Sequence record: NC_042018.1
Strand: one strand, 5' to 3'
DNA: 64,000 nt
Both the position numbers and the translations under genes were made by a program. Below the pieces are notes generated by a model. The model saw nothing but the letters and a program-made list of their open reading frames with translations, had not been told where the DNA came from and ran no database searches. This document shows positions 1 to 8,612 of the stretch, piece by piece (within the stretch, counting starts at the first letter, position 1; each line of letters starts with the position of its first letter).

Positions 1-2
1 GT

Positions 3-425
3 TACATCGACGTTAAGCTCGATTCCAAGCAAGAAGATGACTTGATTCGGGACTTAACAACTTTAGGGATTAAAGCTCTACCAAAAGGGAAGTACCACTG
101 TACTGTCATTTATGACAAACGTGAGGAACTTGATAAGCCGCTGTGCGACATCGACCCTGAGCAAGTCTTTGAAGCACACGTCGTGGAGGTTAAACCACTC
201 GGAGATGCCCTGGTCTTTACTATGACGTCTAAAGATATCTATGATGAATTTAGACGATTGCAGGAAGCCGGATATCAGCACAGTTTCCCTGAGCTGTTGG
301 TTCACATGTCAATTTGCTACGACTTCAGTGCGTACGACAAGTTGAAGGTGGAACAGTTCATGGGCCGATGGATAGGCCGCAACATTCAGTTCTCTCGCGA
401 ATCGTTACAACCCGTTAAGTATTGA
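3..425 (+). CDS. hypothetical protein, 5'-truncated by window edge
   Basis: Frame is open from base 3 (YIDVKLDSKQEDDLIR...) to TGA at 425, followed by a terminator. Confidence 0.8.
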   Translation, partial: YIDVKLDSKQEDDLIRDLTTLGIKALPKGKYHCTVIYDKREELDKPLCDIDPEQVFEAHVVEVKPLGDALVFTMTSKDIYDEFRRLQEAGYQHSFPELLVHMSICYDFSAYDKLKVEQFMGRWIGRNIQFSRESLQPVKY

Positions 426-429
426 TGCT

Positions 430-462
430 CCCCTGCCCTCGTCCTACGGGACGGGGGTGGGG
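430..462 (+). terminator. intrinsic terminator-like hairpin
   Basis: CCCCTGCCCTCGTCC-TACG-GGACGGGGGTGGGG just after a stop codon. Confidence 0.65.
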
Positions 463-485
463 TTAATCTATAAGAAATTTCATCT

Positions 486-505
486 CTAAATTATTATCGT
501 GTATG
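486..505 (+). promoter_or_regulatory. putative early phage promoter (variant)
   Basis: CTAAATTATTATCGTGTA matches the recurring intergenic motif. Confidence 0.55.
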
Positions 506-548
506 TAGACCACCTATATACACTTATCCAATCAAGAGGACACAAGTA

Positions 549-1118
549 ATGAAAAAGAAAGCGACACATAAATTCTTCCCTAACGGTAAACAAGTGGGTG
601 AAGCCGTTTCTGCGTGTTTAAACAACATGGTGTGGGTTGCCGGGAGTCACGGTGTATTACCGCCGAACATGAATGTCACTGTGCCGTTCATGCTTACCGC
701 CACTGACCGCATGATGGTGAAGAACTCCGTGTGCAATATCTTGATCGACAATGAAGCCAGCTGGCAGTTAATTCTGGTGGCCGCTTTCGACAATGCCAAA
801 TCCCGCTCTTACGTAACGGCGGATATCCATTTGAATCAATGGACCTTGGCTGAAGTTGGGCAGAAGATTATGGAAATCTGTGAAGTCACGGTTCGCAAGA
901 TGGAAGAAGTGTTCTGTGGTGAAGGCGCAGTTAACCTAAACGATATTCACCACTACGGTTACATGCTGTCGCCTACGCAGGGTCTGAACACTGACGTAAT
1001 CGAAGAGCGGTTAATCGATGCCTTACAAACGGGTAGCTTCGATCACTACGACTGGCAGTCCCGTCCGGTTATTACTCCCAAAGACTTTATTGACTCTATC
1101 GCGGCTGTGAAGATTTAA
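549..1118 (+). CDS. hypothetical protein
   Basis: 189 aa ORF, RBS AAGAGGA, downstream of the promoter motif. Confidence 0.8.
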   Translation: MKKKATHKFFPNGKQVGEAVSACLNNMVWVAGSHGVLPPNMNVTVPFMLTATDRMMVKNSVCNILIDNEASWQLILVAAFDNAKSRSYVTADIHLNQWTLAEVGQKIMEICEVTVRKMEEVFCGEGAVNLNDIHHYGYMLSPTQGLNTDVIEERLIDALQTGSFDHYDWQSRPVITPKDFIDSIAAVKI

Positions 1119-1137
1119 GATATAGAAATGTTCACGT

Positions 1138-1157
1138 CTATATAGTTAGGGTGAATA
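1138..1157 (+). promoter_or_regulatory. putative early phage promoter
   Basis: CTATATAGTTAGGGTGAATA; one mismatch to the copy at 18691. Confidence 0.7.
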
Positions 1158-1219
1158 AGTAATACATATTTATTCTTATAATAACGATATTGACAGTTAA
1201 TCTACTGGAGATAAAAATC

Positions 1220-2254
1220 ATGGCAAAACGTGATATTAATTACGCTGTAGAACGCATCACCAATTCCTTGTCGAATGCAATGAATGGCGGTACGTCGCAA
1301 GAACAACTTCTTGCTCTGTATAAGTCTCGACTGTTTGATGAAGAGCTGGTTGACAAAGATCGTCGCAATCAGGTTCTGATGGCAGTCAATAAAGAACTCG
1401 GCATGGACATCAAGATGCGTGATGTTAAGCAAGCCGACAACACCTTACTTGAACAAGTTCTGGCTAACAGCGGTGAAACCGGGCCTGAAATTGTACAAGA
1501 GCCAAATGACCTTCCTGCTCCTACAGCAGAGTTCATTCTGGCAAACCGGGAAGAGTTCAGTGTGGCTGAAGTTACCAAAGCCGGCATCGACCTCCACTCC
1601 CATCAGGGTACTCAAGTAGCAGACGCTACAGGCCCAGTTTCTGAAGTTAAATCCGCAAACACCGTAAACACTAATTCCACTGAGGATACCGACATGACTA
1701 CCAACGCTTCTAACTCTTACAACACCACTACCTCTACTTCTGCTCAGGCTGACAACAACCACACCGCAGAAGAAGCGCTGAACAAAGGCGCTGAAACCGT
1801 TGACGAAACGCTGAAAGCTGGCGCTGAACAGGCGAAAGAAAAAGCGCAGGAAACGGTTGAGAATCTGGCCGATGAGTCCTTCATGGATAAAGTCAATTCC
1901 ATCCGTCCTGAATACCTGGCTGCAGGCGCTGCTGTAATCGGTGCAGGGGCAACTATCCTGAACGCTGATGCAGTAAACGCTTACAACCTGGCCGGCGGCG
2001 CAGCAGGCGTAGCAGCAAGCTACTTCGGTGCTAAACATTTCCTGGGTGGCCGTGAAAACAACATCGTGACCAAATCCATCGCAGTATCTGCGGGTCTGGT
2101 TGCTGGTGCTGCACTGGCTCGTGCTGGTGACATGGTGCGTGACTACGTTATCGCTGGCGATGCCAACCAGGCTGCTGATGGCGAAACCGTGGTTACCATC
2201 AAACCGGTTCCGGCTCCGGCACCTGTAGTAACTGTTGAACAGCCACTGTTCTAA
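1220..2254 (+). CDS. hypothetical membrane-associated protein (Ala/Gly-rich C-terminal helices; possible internal start at 1694)
   Basis: ATG 1220 follows GGAG RBS; acidic helical region, then Gly/Ala-zipper hydrophobic segments. Confidence 0.8.
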   Translation: MAKRDINYAVERITNSLSNAMNGGTSQEQLLALYKSRLFDEELVDKDRRNQVLMAVNKELGMDIKMRDVKQADNTLLEQVLANSGETGPEIVQEPNDLPAPTAEFILANREEFSVAEVTKAGIDLHSHQGTQVADATGPVSEVKSANTVNTNSTEDTDMTTNASNSYNTTTSTSAQADNNHTAEEALNKGAETVDETLKAGAEQAKEKAQETVENLADESFMDKVNSIRPEYLAAGAAVIGAGATILNADAVNAYNLAGGAAGVAASYFGAKHFLGGRENNIVTKSIAVSAGLVAGAALARAGDMVRDYVIAGDANQAADGETVVTIKPVPAPAPVVTVEQPLF

Positions 2255-2261
2255 CAGGCGA

Positions 2262-2281
2262 GGGGGAACTTCGGTTCCCCC
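2262..2281 (+). terminator. intrinsic terminator
   Basis: GGGGGAAC-TTCG-GTTCCCCC followed by TTAGTTTT. Confidence 0.8.
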
Positions 2282-2343
2282 TTAGTTTTACCCCGACTAT
2301 TTAAAATTTATTAGATTGACGTTTTTCTTTAAAGGGTTGAATC

Positions 2344-2745
2344 ATGAAAAAGTTTATCGCTCCACTTGTTGCTGTTCTGCTGTCTGCTTGCGCTACCCAA
2401 CCGAAGCCTGCGGTAGAAGTTACCTATGAGTGTTCCAACTTCACCATGGGTCGTATTACTTCCCTGACTGAAGCGCCGGCACCGTCAAAGATTATTCCGG
2501 TCAAGCAGGTTGTCGTTCAGAACGATGAAGGTTACTTCATTCCGAAAGGTGGTGCGTTCGAACGTGACCGCTACTACTTCTGGCTCAATGAAGATGCCAG
2601 CACACAGAAAGCCGTCAGTGGCAAATTGGCCATGACTGAAAAAGATAGCAACTTTGTTATCTATGCTTTCCGTACTCCGTACAACGGCACCAACCCGCAG
2701 GACGTTGTGGGTTACATGGCGCTGTTGGACTGCGTGAAGAAATAA
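2344..2745 (+). CDS. putative lipoprotein
   Basis: MKKFIAPLVAVLLSA-C: signal peptide with lipobox. Confidence 0.8.
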   Translation: MKKFIAPLVAVLLSACATQPKPAVEVTYECSNFTMGRITSLTEAPAPSKIIPVKQVVVQNDEGYFIPKGGAFERDRYYFWLNEDASTQKAVSGKLAMTEKDSNFVIYAFRTPYNGTNPQDVVGYMALLDCVKK

Positions 2746-2751
2746 CGTAGC

Positions 2752-2986
2752 GGGCTGGGTATCCAGCCCCTATAGAAAAGTGAAAACCATTGCCATGGTT
2801 TTAACCCAACCGGTAAGAGTCCTTTGGACCGCCTCCTGTTCGAGGCCATTTTTCTATAGTCACCTCGTTAATGCCAACACATCTGATACGTAGATGCCTT
2901 AGGAATCCTTTCTGATTCCGGGAGAAAAAGGAATTTCTCCTTCTTTTTATTCCGTGGCCTTCCCGTAGTTATCTACGGGAGGGTCC
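2752..2986. ncRNA. candidate structured non-coding RNA (eight stems, multi-arm junction)
   Basis: 284-nt ORF-free gap containing 8 inverted repeats, including a perfect 10-bp closing stem 2770-2779/2850-2859. Strand and function unknown. Confidence 0.45.
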
Positions 2987-3029
2987 ATACTACAACAATC
3001 ATTTTTATTTTTTGTAAGGAAACCGTTTC

Positions 3030-3665
3030 ATGTCTACTCCTGCCGTTACGTCCATTGCCGAAGCCATCAGTGACGTTCTGTGGCCGGACAGTATTCTGAT
3101 TGACTTTGAATCGTGCAGCCTCCAGCCTGACAGTGCACTACTCAGCTTTGGGGCATTGGCCTTTAACCGCCATCAGGTTGCCAGTGTGTCGCATTACGCC
3201 AACATCCCTGAGATGATGATTAACATCAACCTCGACCTTACTACCCAGTTCCTGCAAGGGTTTGATTTTGATAAAGACACCGCTAAATGGTGGCGGGAAA
3301 AGAACGGACACAACATCAAAGGGTTGTACATTGATCGTGTGGAACTGATCGACATGGTGACCCAACTGAATACGCTGTTAGCGACGGTGAAGAAGAACTG
3401 CAAAGACGTGGCCTTCTTCTGTCGTCATCCGCATGCTGACTACGTGTGGTTACGTACCGTGTGTGAGCGCTTAGGGGTTCGCAATCCCATCAGCTACAAC
3501 CGCATCTATGATGTGGCGACCTATGTGTTCAGCCGTACTGATAACCTGCGTGGGGTTTATGAACTGGATACGCCGCGCAGCAGTTTCCACCATGCGTTCA
3601 ATGACTGCTACCGGGATGCATTACAGGTTGCTACTGTTAACGAAAGGAAGATACTCGATGTCTAA
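3030..3665 (+). CDS. DEDDh 3'-5' exonuclease (Rv2179c/DUF5051-like exoribonuclease)
   Basis: ILIDFES (DxE), HADY, HHAFNDCYRDA (H..D) motifs. Confidence 0.8.
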   Translation: MSTPAVTSIAEAISDVLWPDSILIDFESCSLQPDSALLSFGALAFNRHQVASVSHYANIPEMMININLDLTTQFLQGFDFDKDTAKWWREKNGHNIKGLYIDRVELIDMVTQLNTLLATVKKNCKDVAFFCRHPHADYVWLRTVCERLGVRNPISYNRIYDVATYVFSRTDNLRGVYELDTPRSSFHHAFNDCYRDALQVATVNERKILDV

Positions 3666-4116
3666 GATTGCATACATGACCTATCTGGTGAATGAGATAC
3701 CGATTGTGTTTCATTCTGCGCTTATGTCGCTGGCTAAGGAGCTCGTAGCATATGAGCAACAGCTTACGATGGATGTGCTGGGAAAACAGCGTCACATGGT
3801 TCCTGTGGACTCTGTGAAGGACTTCTTTATTGAAGACAGCGTGGTTGTGGTGGCCTTTAATGAGCGGGAAGAGTTACCGGTGGGGTTCTGTAGCTATTGG
3901 GCAGAACCGACCCAGGGTCGGCTGATTATCGACACGGTTTACGTTGCTCCTGCTTACCGTCAACAAGGCATTGCCAGGGCCATGTTAGCAGGACCCCTGG
4001 ACATGGGGTTCTCACTTATTGACATTCACGCCATGGCGAATAACCCCGCAGCGTTAAAACTGTATGCGTCATTAGGATTTAAACCCTATATTACTACGAT
4101 GACGAAAGTAAATTAA
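3658..4116 (+). CDS. GNAT family N-acetyltransferase
   Basis: VYVAPAYRQQGIARAML (acetyl-CoA motif A) and NPAALKLYASLGF. Start reset to ATG 3658, overlapping the upstream stop. Confidence 0.85.
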   Translation: MSKIAYMTYLVNEIPIVFHSALMSLAKELVAYEQQLTMDVLGKQRHMVPVDSVKDFFIEDSVVVVAFNEREELPVGFCSYWAEPTQGRLIIDTVYVAPAYRQQGIARAMLAGPLDMGFSLIDIHAMANNPAALKLYASLGFKPYITTMTKVN

Positions 4117-4142
4117 TCTTTTCATTTAAGGAGACATTCCAC

Positions 4143-5144
4143 ATGTCAAGCTTAGAACAAATGTTTGATAAAGCCATGAACGAACATACTGCTTCGTTTA
4201 ATTCAAACCTAAAAACCATTAATGCCAAAGGGTGGGTAAACGATTGGGTTAACCGCCACAACGGCAAAGTTCCAATTAACTTTATCCCTTACGAAGAATT
4301 TCGTGCTCACCTAACTTCATTCTTTAAACCCGGCCACGGTCACGATGAAGCCGGTGCTGATGTTGTTGGGTTAACACTGTTTCAACATTTGATGTACAAC
4401 TTGACCAAAGTGGATATCCATGTCGAAGAAACCGTTATTGTGGAGTTAATGAATGACACCACCTTCGATAAAGATGAAGCAAAAATACCCACAGAAGTAT
4501 TAAAGCGGCTCCCCTACTGGTCGGTGCACATTCCTATCACCAGAAGCTTTAATGAAGAGGTAGACGATCCGAACGCCAATTATTATAAGTTTCTCGAGGT
4601 GTACGTCAGCCGCATTAACATCGATAATGACGACGCGTTATTAATTGACATCAATGCGATGTACAAAGATAAAATTCTGCAACACACCAGAGTGATATCA
4701 TTAAATTCCCCTACTATACGGGAGGGGTTAGAACGTCACGCCGACATGAATGACCGGCTGGATATAAACAAACACGGTGATATTTTTGACTTTACCTTAC
4801 GTCAAGTGTTTCCGGTTATTTTGTATGTGTGTTCTCAGCAAAAACAAAAGGACATTGGTAGTTCCCCCCTGACCGGGTACAGTATCAAACGAAAAGGGAA
4901 GAACTTTGTTTTAAAAGCAGCCCCTAAAGTCAAAGTGATTGAATATGGACAAGAGCTAAAAGAACAGCTTGAACGTTTCCATCAATTGCTAAAACAAGAG
5001 CGTGACTTTAAAGGCCGTATTCCCCATATTCGTAAAGCGCACTGGCACGGTTACTGGATAGGACCTCGTGTTGGTGAACGTGATTACATCTATCATTGGA
5101 TTCCGCCAGTCATTGTGTCGGGTTCTGAAGCAGAAATTAAGTAA
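4143..5144 (+). CDS. AcrVA2/FinQ-like protein
   Basis: 333 aa; IPTEVLKRLPYWSVHI, VILYVCS and C-terminal PHIRKAHWHGYW..WIPPVIV resemble AcrVA2/FinQ motifs as recalled (not searched). Confidence 0.65.
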   Translation: MSSLEQMFDKAMNEHTASFNSNLKTINAKGWVNDWVNRHNGKVPINFIPYEEFRAHLTSFFKPGHGHDEAGADVVGLTLFQHLMYNLTKVDIHVEETVIVELMNDTTFDKDEAKIPTEVLKRLPYWSVHIPITRSFNEEVDDPNANYYKFLEVYVSRINIDNDDALLIDINAMYKDKILQHTRVISLNSPTIREGLERHADMNDRLDINKHGDIFDFTLRQVFPVILYVCSQQKQKDIGSSPLTGYSIKRKGKNFVLKAAPKVKVIEYGQELKEQLERFHQLLKQERDFKGRIPHIRKAHWHGYWIGPRVGERDYIYHWIPPVIVSGSEAEIK

Positions 5145-5162
5145 CCTTATTTGGAGAGTGTT

Positions 5163-5534
5163 ATGGCAACACGTATTTTTGCAGGTAGCATTGATTTAGT
5201 CACGGTGTCGTTAAACGAACGTCTGCAGCCCATGTTAAAGGGTCAGGTTATTGACTGGTTTAGCTACACCAAAGAATCAGGCTCTCAAGTTGAGTACGTC
5301 TGGGATGGCCCGGCTGTGGTGACCATTTGGGATTTGATTGTTTCAGCCAAACCCAACATTGGTAGTGGTGACGATGATGACGGGTTTATTCTCACCGAAG
5401 AAGAGGTAAAGGGATTCATTGCGGATGGTCTGGAGCAAACCACCGGGTTTGTTCGTAATAAGTTCATCAAGCTGGAATCGTTGGTGGGTCGCTTTGATTT
5501 TGACAAGCACTGCCTGGTCTTCTTCTTTTCTTAA
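5163..5534 (+). CDS. hypothetical protein
   Basis: ATG 5163 after GGAGAG RBS; 123 aa. Confidence 0.75.
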   Translation: MATRIFAGSIDLVTVSLNERLQPMLKGQVIDWFSYTKESGSQVEYVWDGPAVVTIWDLIVSAKPNIGSGDDDDGFILTEEEVKGFIADGLEQTTGFVRNKFIKLESLVGRFDFDKHCLVFFFS

Positions 5535-5548
5535 TAGTAGGTAACAAA

Positions 5549-5719
5549 ATGAAAACGAATGTTACAACAAACACCGACCCGTTTATTGGTCGTCAGGTCC
5601 CTGACAGTGAGCCGGTCGTGATGTCTAAAACTAAACTGCTGGTGATTGCCTTGGTGGCTTTCCTGACAGGGATGTGCTTTGGTGCAGCTTTCATGTTGGA
5701 ATACATCCCATGGTTATGA
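5549..5719 (+). CDS. small membrane protein (56 aa; not in ORF track)
   Basis: MKTNVTTNTDPF...LLVIALVAFLTGMCFGAAFML..., RBS AGGT, one TM segment; stop overlaps the next ATG. Confidence 0.65.
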   Translation: MKTNVTTNTDPFIGRQVPDSEPVVMSKTKLLVIALVAFLTGMCFGAAFMLEYIPWL

Positions 5720-5949
5720 TGAAAAGCGCTCTGTCGATATCAGTGTCGTTACATCTGAGCGGAACATTGGGATTAAAACCCATCACGCATAATCCTTACC
5801 TGTATGGTGGTTGGCGTTTGCTGCCCGACGTGGAAACCACAACGATATATCAGAAACCCGATTCGGTTTATGAAAACGTTGTGCATGCCCATCTAACAGC
5901 GAACATGACACCGAAGGAAAACATCCCTAGAGTGAGAATTGTGAAATAA
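5716..5949 (+). CDS. hypothetical protein
   Basis: ATGA overlap with the upstream small ORF; 77 aa. Confidence 0.55.
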   Translation: MMKSALSISVSLHLSGTLGLKPITHNPYLYGGWRLLPDVETTTIYQKPDSVYENVVHAHLTANMTPKENIPRVRIVK

Positions 5950-6015
5950 GTTATCCTGTTACTTTTTACAAAACAATATATACTTTGTTCACTTACAACT
6001 TTTTAGGGAATCCTT

Positions 6016-6366
6016 GTGGGAACTTTTTCTGTTTATTTTGCGGCCAGCCCAATTAAGTTTCTGATTGGGTTGGTGCTGTTGTTGATATTCCTCATCTCCT
6101 TTATCCGGGGTAATCAAGTAGCTTGGAAAAGAATGGGGTTGAAGCGGGATACCCGTTTCTATATCTCAGCAGCACTGGTTCTACTGTACTTTGCTTTGGG
6201 GTTTAACATCGGACACCGACAAACCGATTTACACCGCGAGCAATTTGACACACCGATGGCTACCACAGCACCGGAATTACCTGCAGAAAGGTCGATTGAA
6301 AAACCTGATGCAAAAGCACTCTTTAAAACTGAATTAGAAAACATTAAAAAGGAAAACGCACAGTGA
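6016..6366 (+). CDS. membrane protein (2 TM) upstream of SPFH gene
   Basis: Two hydrophobic helices; GTGA overlap with the SPFH gene. Confidence 0.75.
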   Translation: MGTFSVYFAASPIKFLIGLVLLLIFLISFIRGNQVAWKRMGLKRDTRFYISAALVLLYFALGFNIGHRQTDLHREQFDTPMATTAPELPAERSIEKPDAKALFKTELENIKKENAQ

Positions 6367-7232
6367 AACGTGTTATCGCACTTATTGGTTTAATCTTCGC
6401 TTCTATTCTTCTCTCTGGCTGCGGTGAGGTTGTTGAACCCGGCTTCAAAGCCAAGTTCCTCAGCCGCGACGGGTATTCTCCGGAAATCAAAGAGTCCGGT
6501 CGTTACAACGTCTTCTGGTGGGAAGAGCTGGTCTTCCTGGAAACGTCCACCAAAACTGTTTCTGTTCCGCTGAAAGTGAAAATGGCCGACGGCCTTGATC
6601 TGAAGTTCAATATCAACTTCCGTACCCGCATCGGTGGGAACGACAAAGTTCTGAACGCCATGTTCAACGATGTTAAAGTTGATGTCGATGAACAAGATCG
6701 TAAGGTCATCACGCTGGACAAAGTATTTAACATCTACGGCAGTGACGTGGTCAGTAACGTTGGCCGGTCGGTGCTGGGCAAATACAAAGTGGAAGAGGTC
6801 GCCAAGAAGTACGACGACATCAACAAACAGCTTCAGGTTAAGCTTAGTGAAGCCATGAAGAACAACCCGCTGGAAGTTTCTAACGTCACCCTGGCTGATG
6901 TAGACTGGCCGAAAGTTATCACCGACGCGATTGAGAAACAATCCGAACGCGAACTGGCGATTAAGACCGAAGAGAACCAGCAGGCAATCGAAATGGTGAA
7001 ACGCACCAATGAGCTGGCACTGGCTCAAGCGGACCGCGAAATTGAACTGACCAAAGCCCGTACGTTGCGTGATCAAAACGCCATTACCAACGAAGGCTTG
7101 AGCGACAAACTCCTGGCTTACAAAGCACTGGACGTTCAAGCGAAAATGGCAGAAAACAAAGCCGCCATCTTTGTTCCGTACGAAGCGTTGAATGCCCCAG
7201 GGTTATCCAACCGCGTCTTTAACAACAAGTAA
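6363..7232 (+). CDS. SPFH/Band-7 (prohibitin-like) lipoprotein
   Basis: Lipobox LLSG-C, GCGEVVEPG, band-7 core and C-terminal coiled coil typical of phage SPFH proteins. Confidence 0.85.
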   Translation: MKRVIALIGLIFASILLSGCGEVVEPGFKAKFLSRDGYSPEIKESGRYNVFWWEELVFLETSTKTVSVPLKVKMADGLDLKFNINFRTRIGGNDKVLNAMFNDVKVDVDEQDRKVITLDKVFNIYGSDVVSNVGRSVLGKYKVEEVAKKYDDINKQLQVKLSEAMKNNPLEVSNVTLADVDWPKVITDAIEKQSERELAIKTEENQQAIEMVKRTNELALAQADREIELTKARTLRDQNAITNEGLSDKLLAYKALDVQAKMAENKAAIFVPYEALNAPGLSNRVFNNK

Positions 7233-7239
7233 TTCGGTG

Positions 7240-7261
7240 TCCTCCTGTTTCGGCAGGAGGA
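7240..7261 (+). terminator. intrinsic terminator
   Basis: TCCTCCTG-TTTCGG-CAGGAGGA followed by a T-rich run. Confidence 0.75.
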
Positions 7262-7328
7262 TTCTTTTCTTTGAGGTTGAATAATCGAAAACAAAGAAAA
7301 GCATAACCGCACTTATTAAGGATAAGCA

Positions 7329-7658
7329 ATGCACCACATCACTGACTTATTAACACAACACCAACTCAACACTATTTGCGACAACAACGTATTGTTCGCA
7401 GAACTTGCACGACTGACTCAGGAAGACCCGGTGTTTATCGCCTGTCAGGGTTATCCTGGCGGTACCGTAATTGCCAACAAGAAAGGCAGTGTGCGTCTGG
7501 ACGGTATTCATATCCGTTTAGGTGAGCGTTTTCTGACGGCAACCAAAGTCTCTGCACCGGCGGCAGTTTCTTCAGTAACCGTGCAACAAAAAGAAGCGGC
7601 TGTAGCGAAAAAGAAAAAACCACTGGTTCGCAAAGCCAAAAAGGGAAAACGTAAATGA
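7329..7658 (+). CDS. hypothetical protein with Lys-rich tail
   Basis: 109 aa, RBS AAGGA, tail KKKKPLVRKAKKGKRK. Confidence 0.75.
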   Translation: MHHITDLLTQHQLNTICDNNVLFAELARLTQEDPVFIACQGYPGGTVIANKKGSVRLDGIHIRLGERFLTATKVSAPAAVSSVTVQQKEAAVAKKKKPLVRKAKKGKRK

Positions 7659-7687
7659 AACCAATCTTTAATCGTAAGGGTTAATCC

Positions 7688-8335
7688 ATGAGCCACTCGC
7701 TTTCTATTTCTACTGACGGAACAGTCATTACGCTGACCCGCAACGGTCAGAAGTTCGAACTCATCCTCGAAAAACAAAAAATCATGATCGCCGATAAACC
7801 GGTGCGTGCTACGCTTACTCATAACGACAAAATCATGTGTCGTATGCCGTGCGTAACCGAAGACCCGATTAAAACGCTGGTCATGGCCTACCGTATGATG
7901 AAGTGCGGCGTTATCGGTTATGACCGTAACGGTTCCTGGGATCCGCTGGCCGATTTCCGGATGGCTGTTAATCAATTCACCAAACACGATATTCAAATGA
8001 GTGCGTGGATTGAAGACGAAGACGAAAACTCCAACCGTAACTTCTACAAGCTGCCGTTCTCTAATGGCCTGCTGGCAGTAGAAACCGTGCTGGATGGTCG
8101 TAAGTACAGCGTTCGCCAGGAATGTTCACCCACATCTAACCAGATGTACTGTGTGAAGCTGGTGTTCTGCCCGCACAGCGTTTATCCGTTACAACCGGGT
8201 TATGTTGAGCAAACCATTGAAGCGCGCATGTGGTACTCTGACAGTCGTATTCTGCCGGACGCAGAAGCTATGATTGCCCAGTACGTCAAAGCCCGTAAAT
8301 ACCCTCACCCTGAATACGAAGCAGAACCCGCATAA
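7688..8335 (+). CDS. hypothetical protein
   Basis: 215 aa, RBS AAGGG. Confidence 0.8.
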   Translation: MSHSLSISTDGTVITLTRNGQKFELILEKQKIMIADKPVRATLTHNDKIMCRMPCVTEDPIKTLVMAYRMMKCGVIGYDRNGSWDPLADFRMAVNQFTKHDIQMSAWIEDEDENSNRNFYKLPFSNGLLAVETVLDGRKYSVRQECSPTSNQMYCVKLVFCPHSVYPLQPGYVEQTIEARMWYSDSRILPDAEAMIAQYVKARKYPHPEYEAEPA

Positions 8336-8343
8336 GGCCCACC

Positions 8344-8607
8344 ATGAGCATCTTTTGGATTGTTGTTCTCTATACTGTTTTGGTAATGATTCTTTGTGCG
8401 CTGGAGTATAAGGCGTATATCCGTAACGGTAAGTTCAAGAAGCGGGCCTTCGCTAAAGACTTCGTGCGGTTGTGGACGGTGGGGATGTGTATCATCCTGG
8501 CGGCCATTTGGGAAGCCTTGAAGTTTATCTTCGTCTGGGCAGGTAAAATCATTGACTGGGTCTGGGCGTTGATGAAGTTCATCGTTGCCAAAGCTCGACA
8601 AGACTAA
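8344..8607 (+). CDS. small membrane protein
   Basis: 87 aa with hydrophobic helices. Confidence 0.7.
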   Translation: MSIFWIVVLYTVLVMILCALEYKAYIRNGKFKKRAFAKDFVRLWTVGMCIILAAIWEALKFIFVWAGKIIDWVWALMKFIVAKARQD

Positions 8608-8612
8608 TCTCC

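Noticed and set aside
2770-2862. tRNA gene
   Set aside because: Cloverleaf-like, but with a 10-bp closing stem, an 8-bp first arm, no 7-nt anticodon or T loop and no CCA end. Kept only as an ncRNA candidate.
3508-3657. Longest-ORF 5' extensions (also 1190, 10732, 11679, 22745, 29735, 30555, 32088, 33471, 35366, 35703, 47433)
   Set aside because: They overlap upstream genes or promoters. Downstream starts mostly have a better RBS, translational coupling or paralog alignment.
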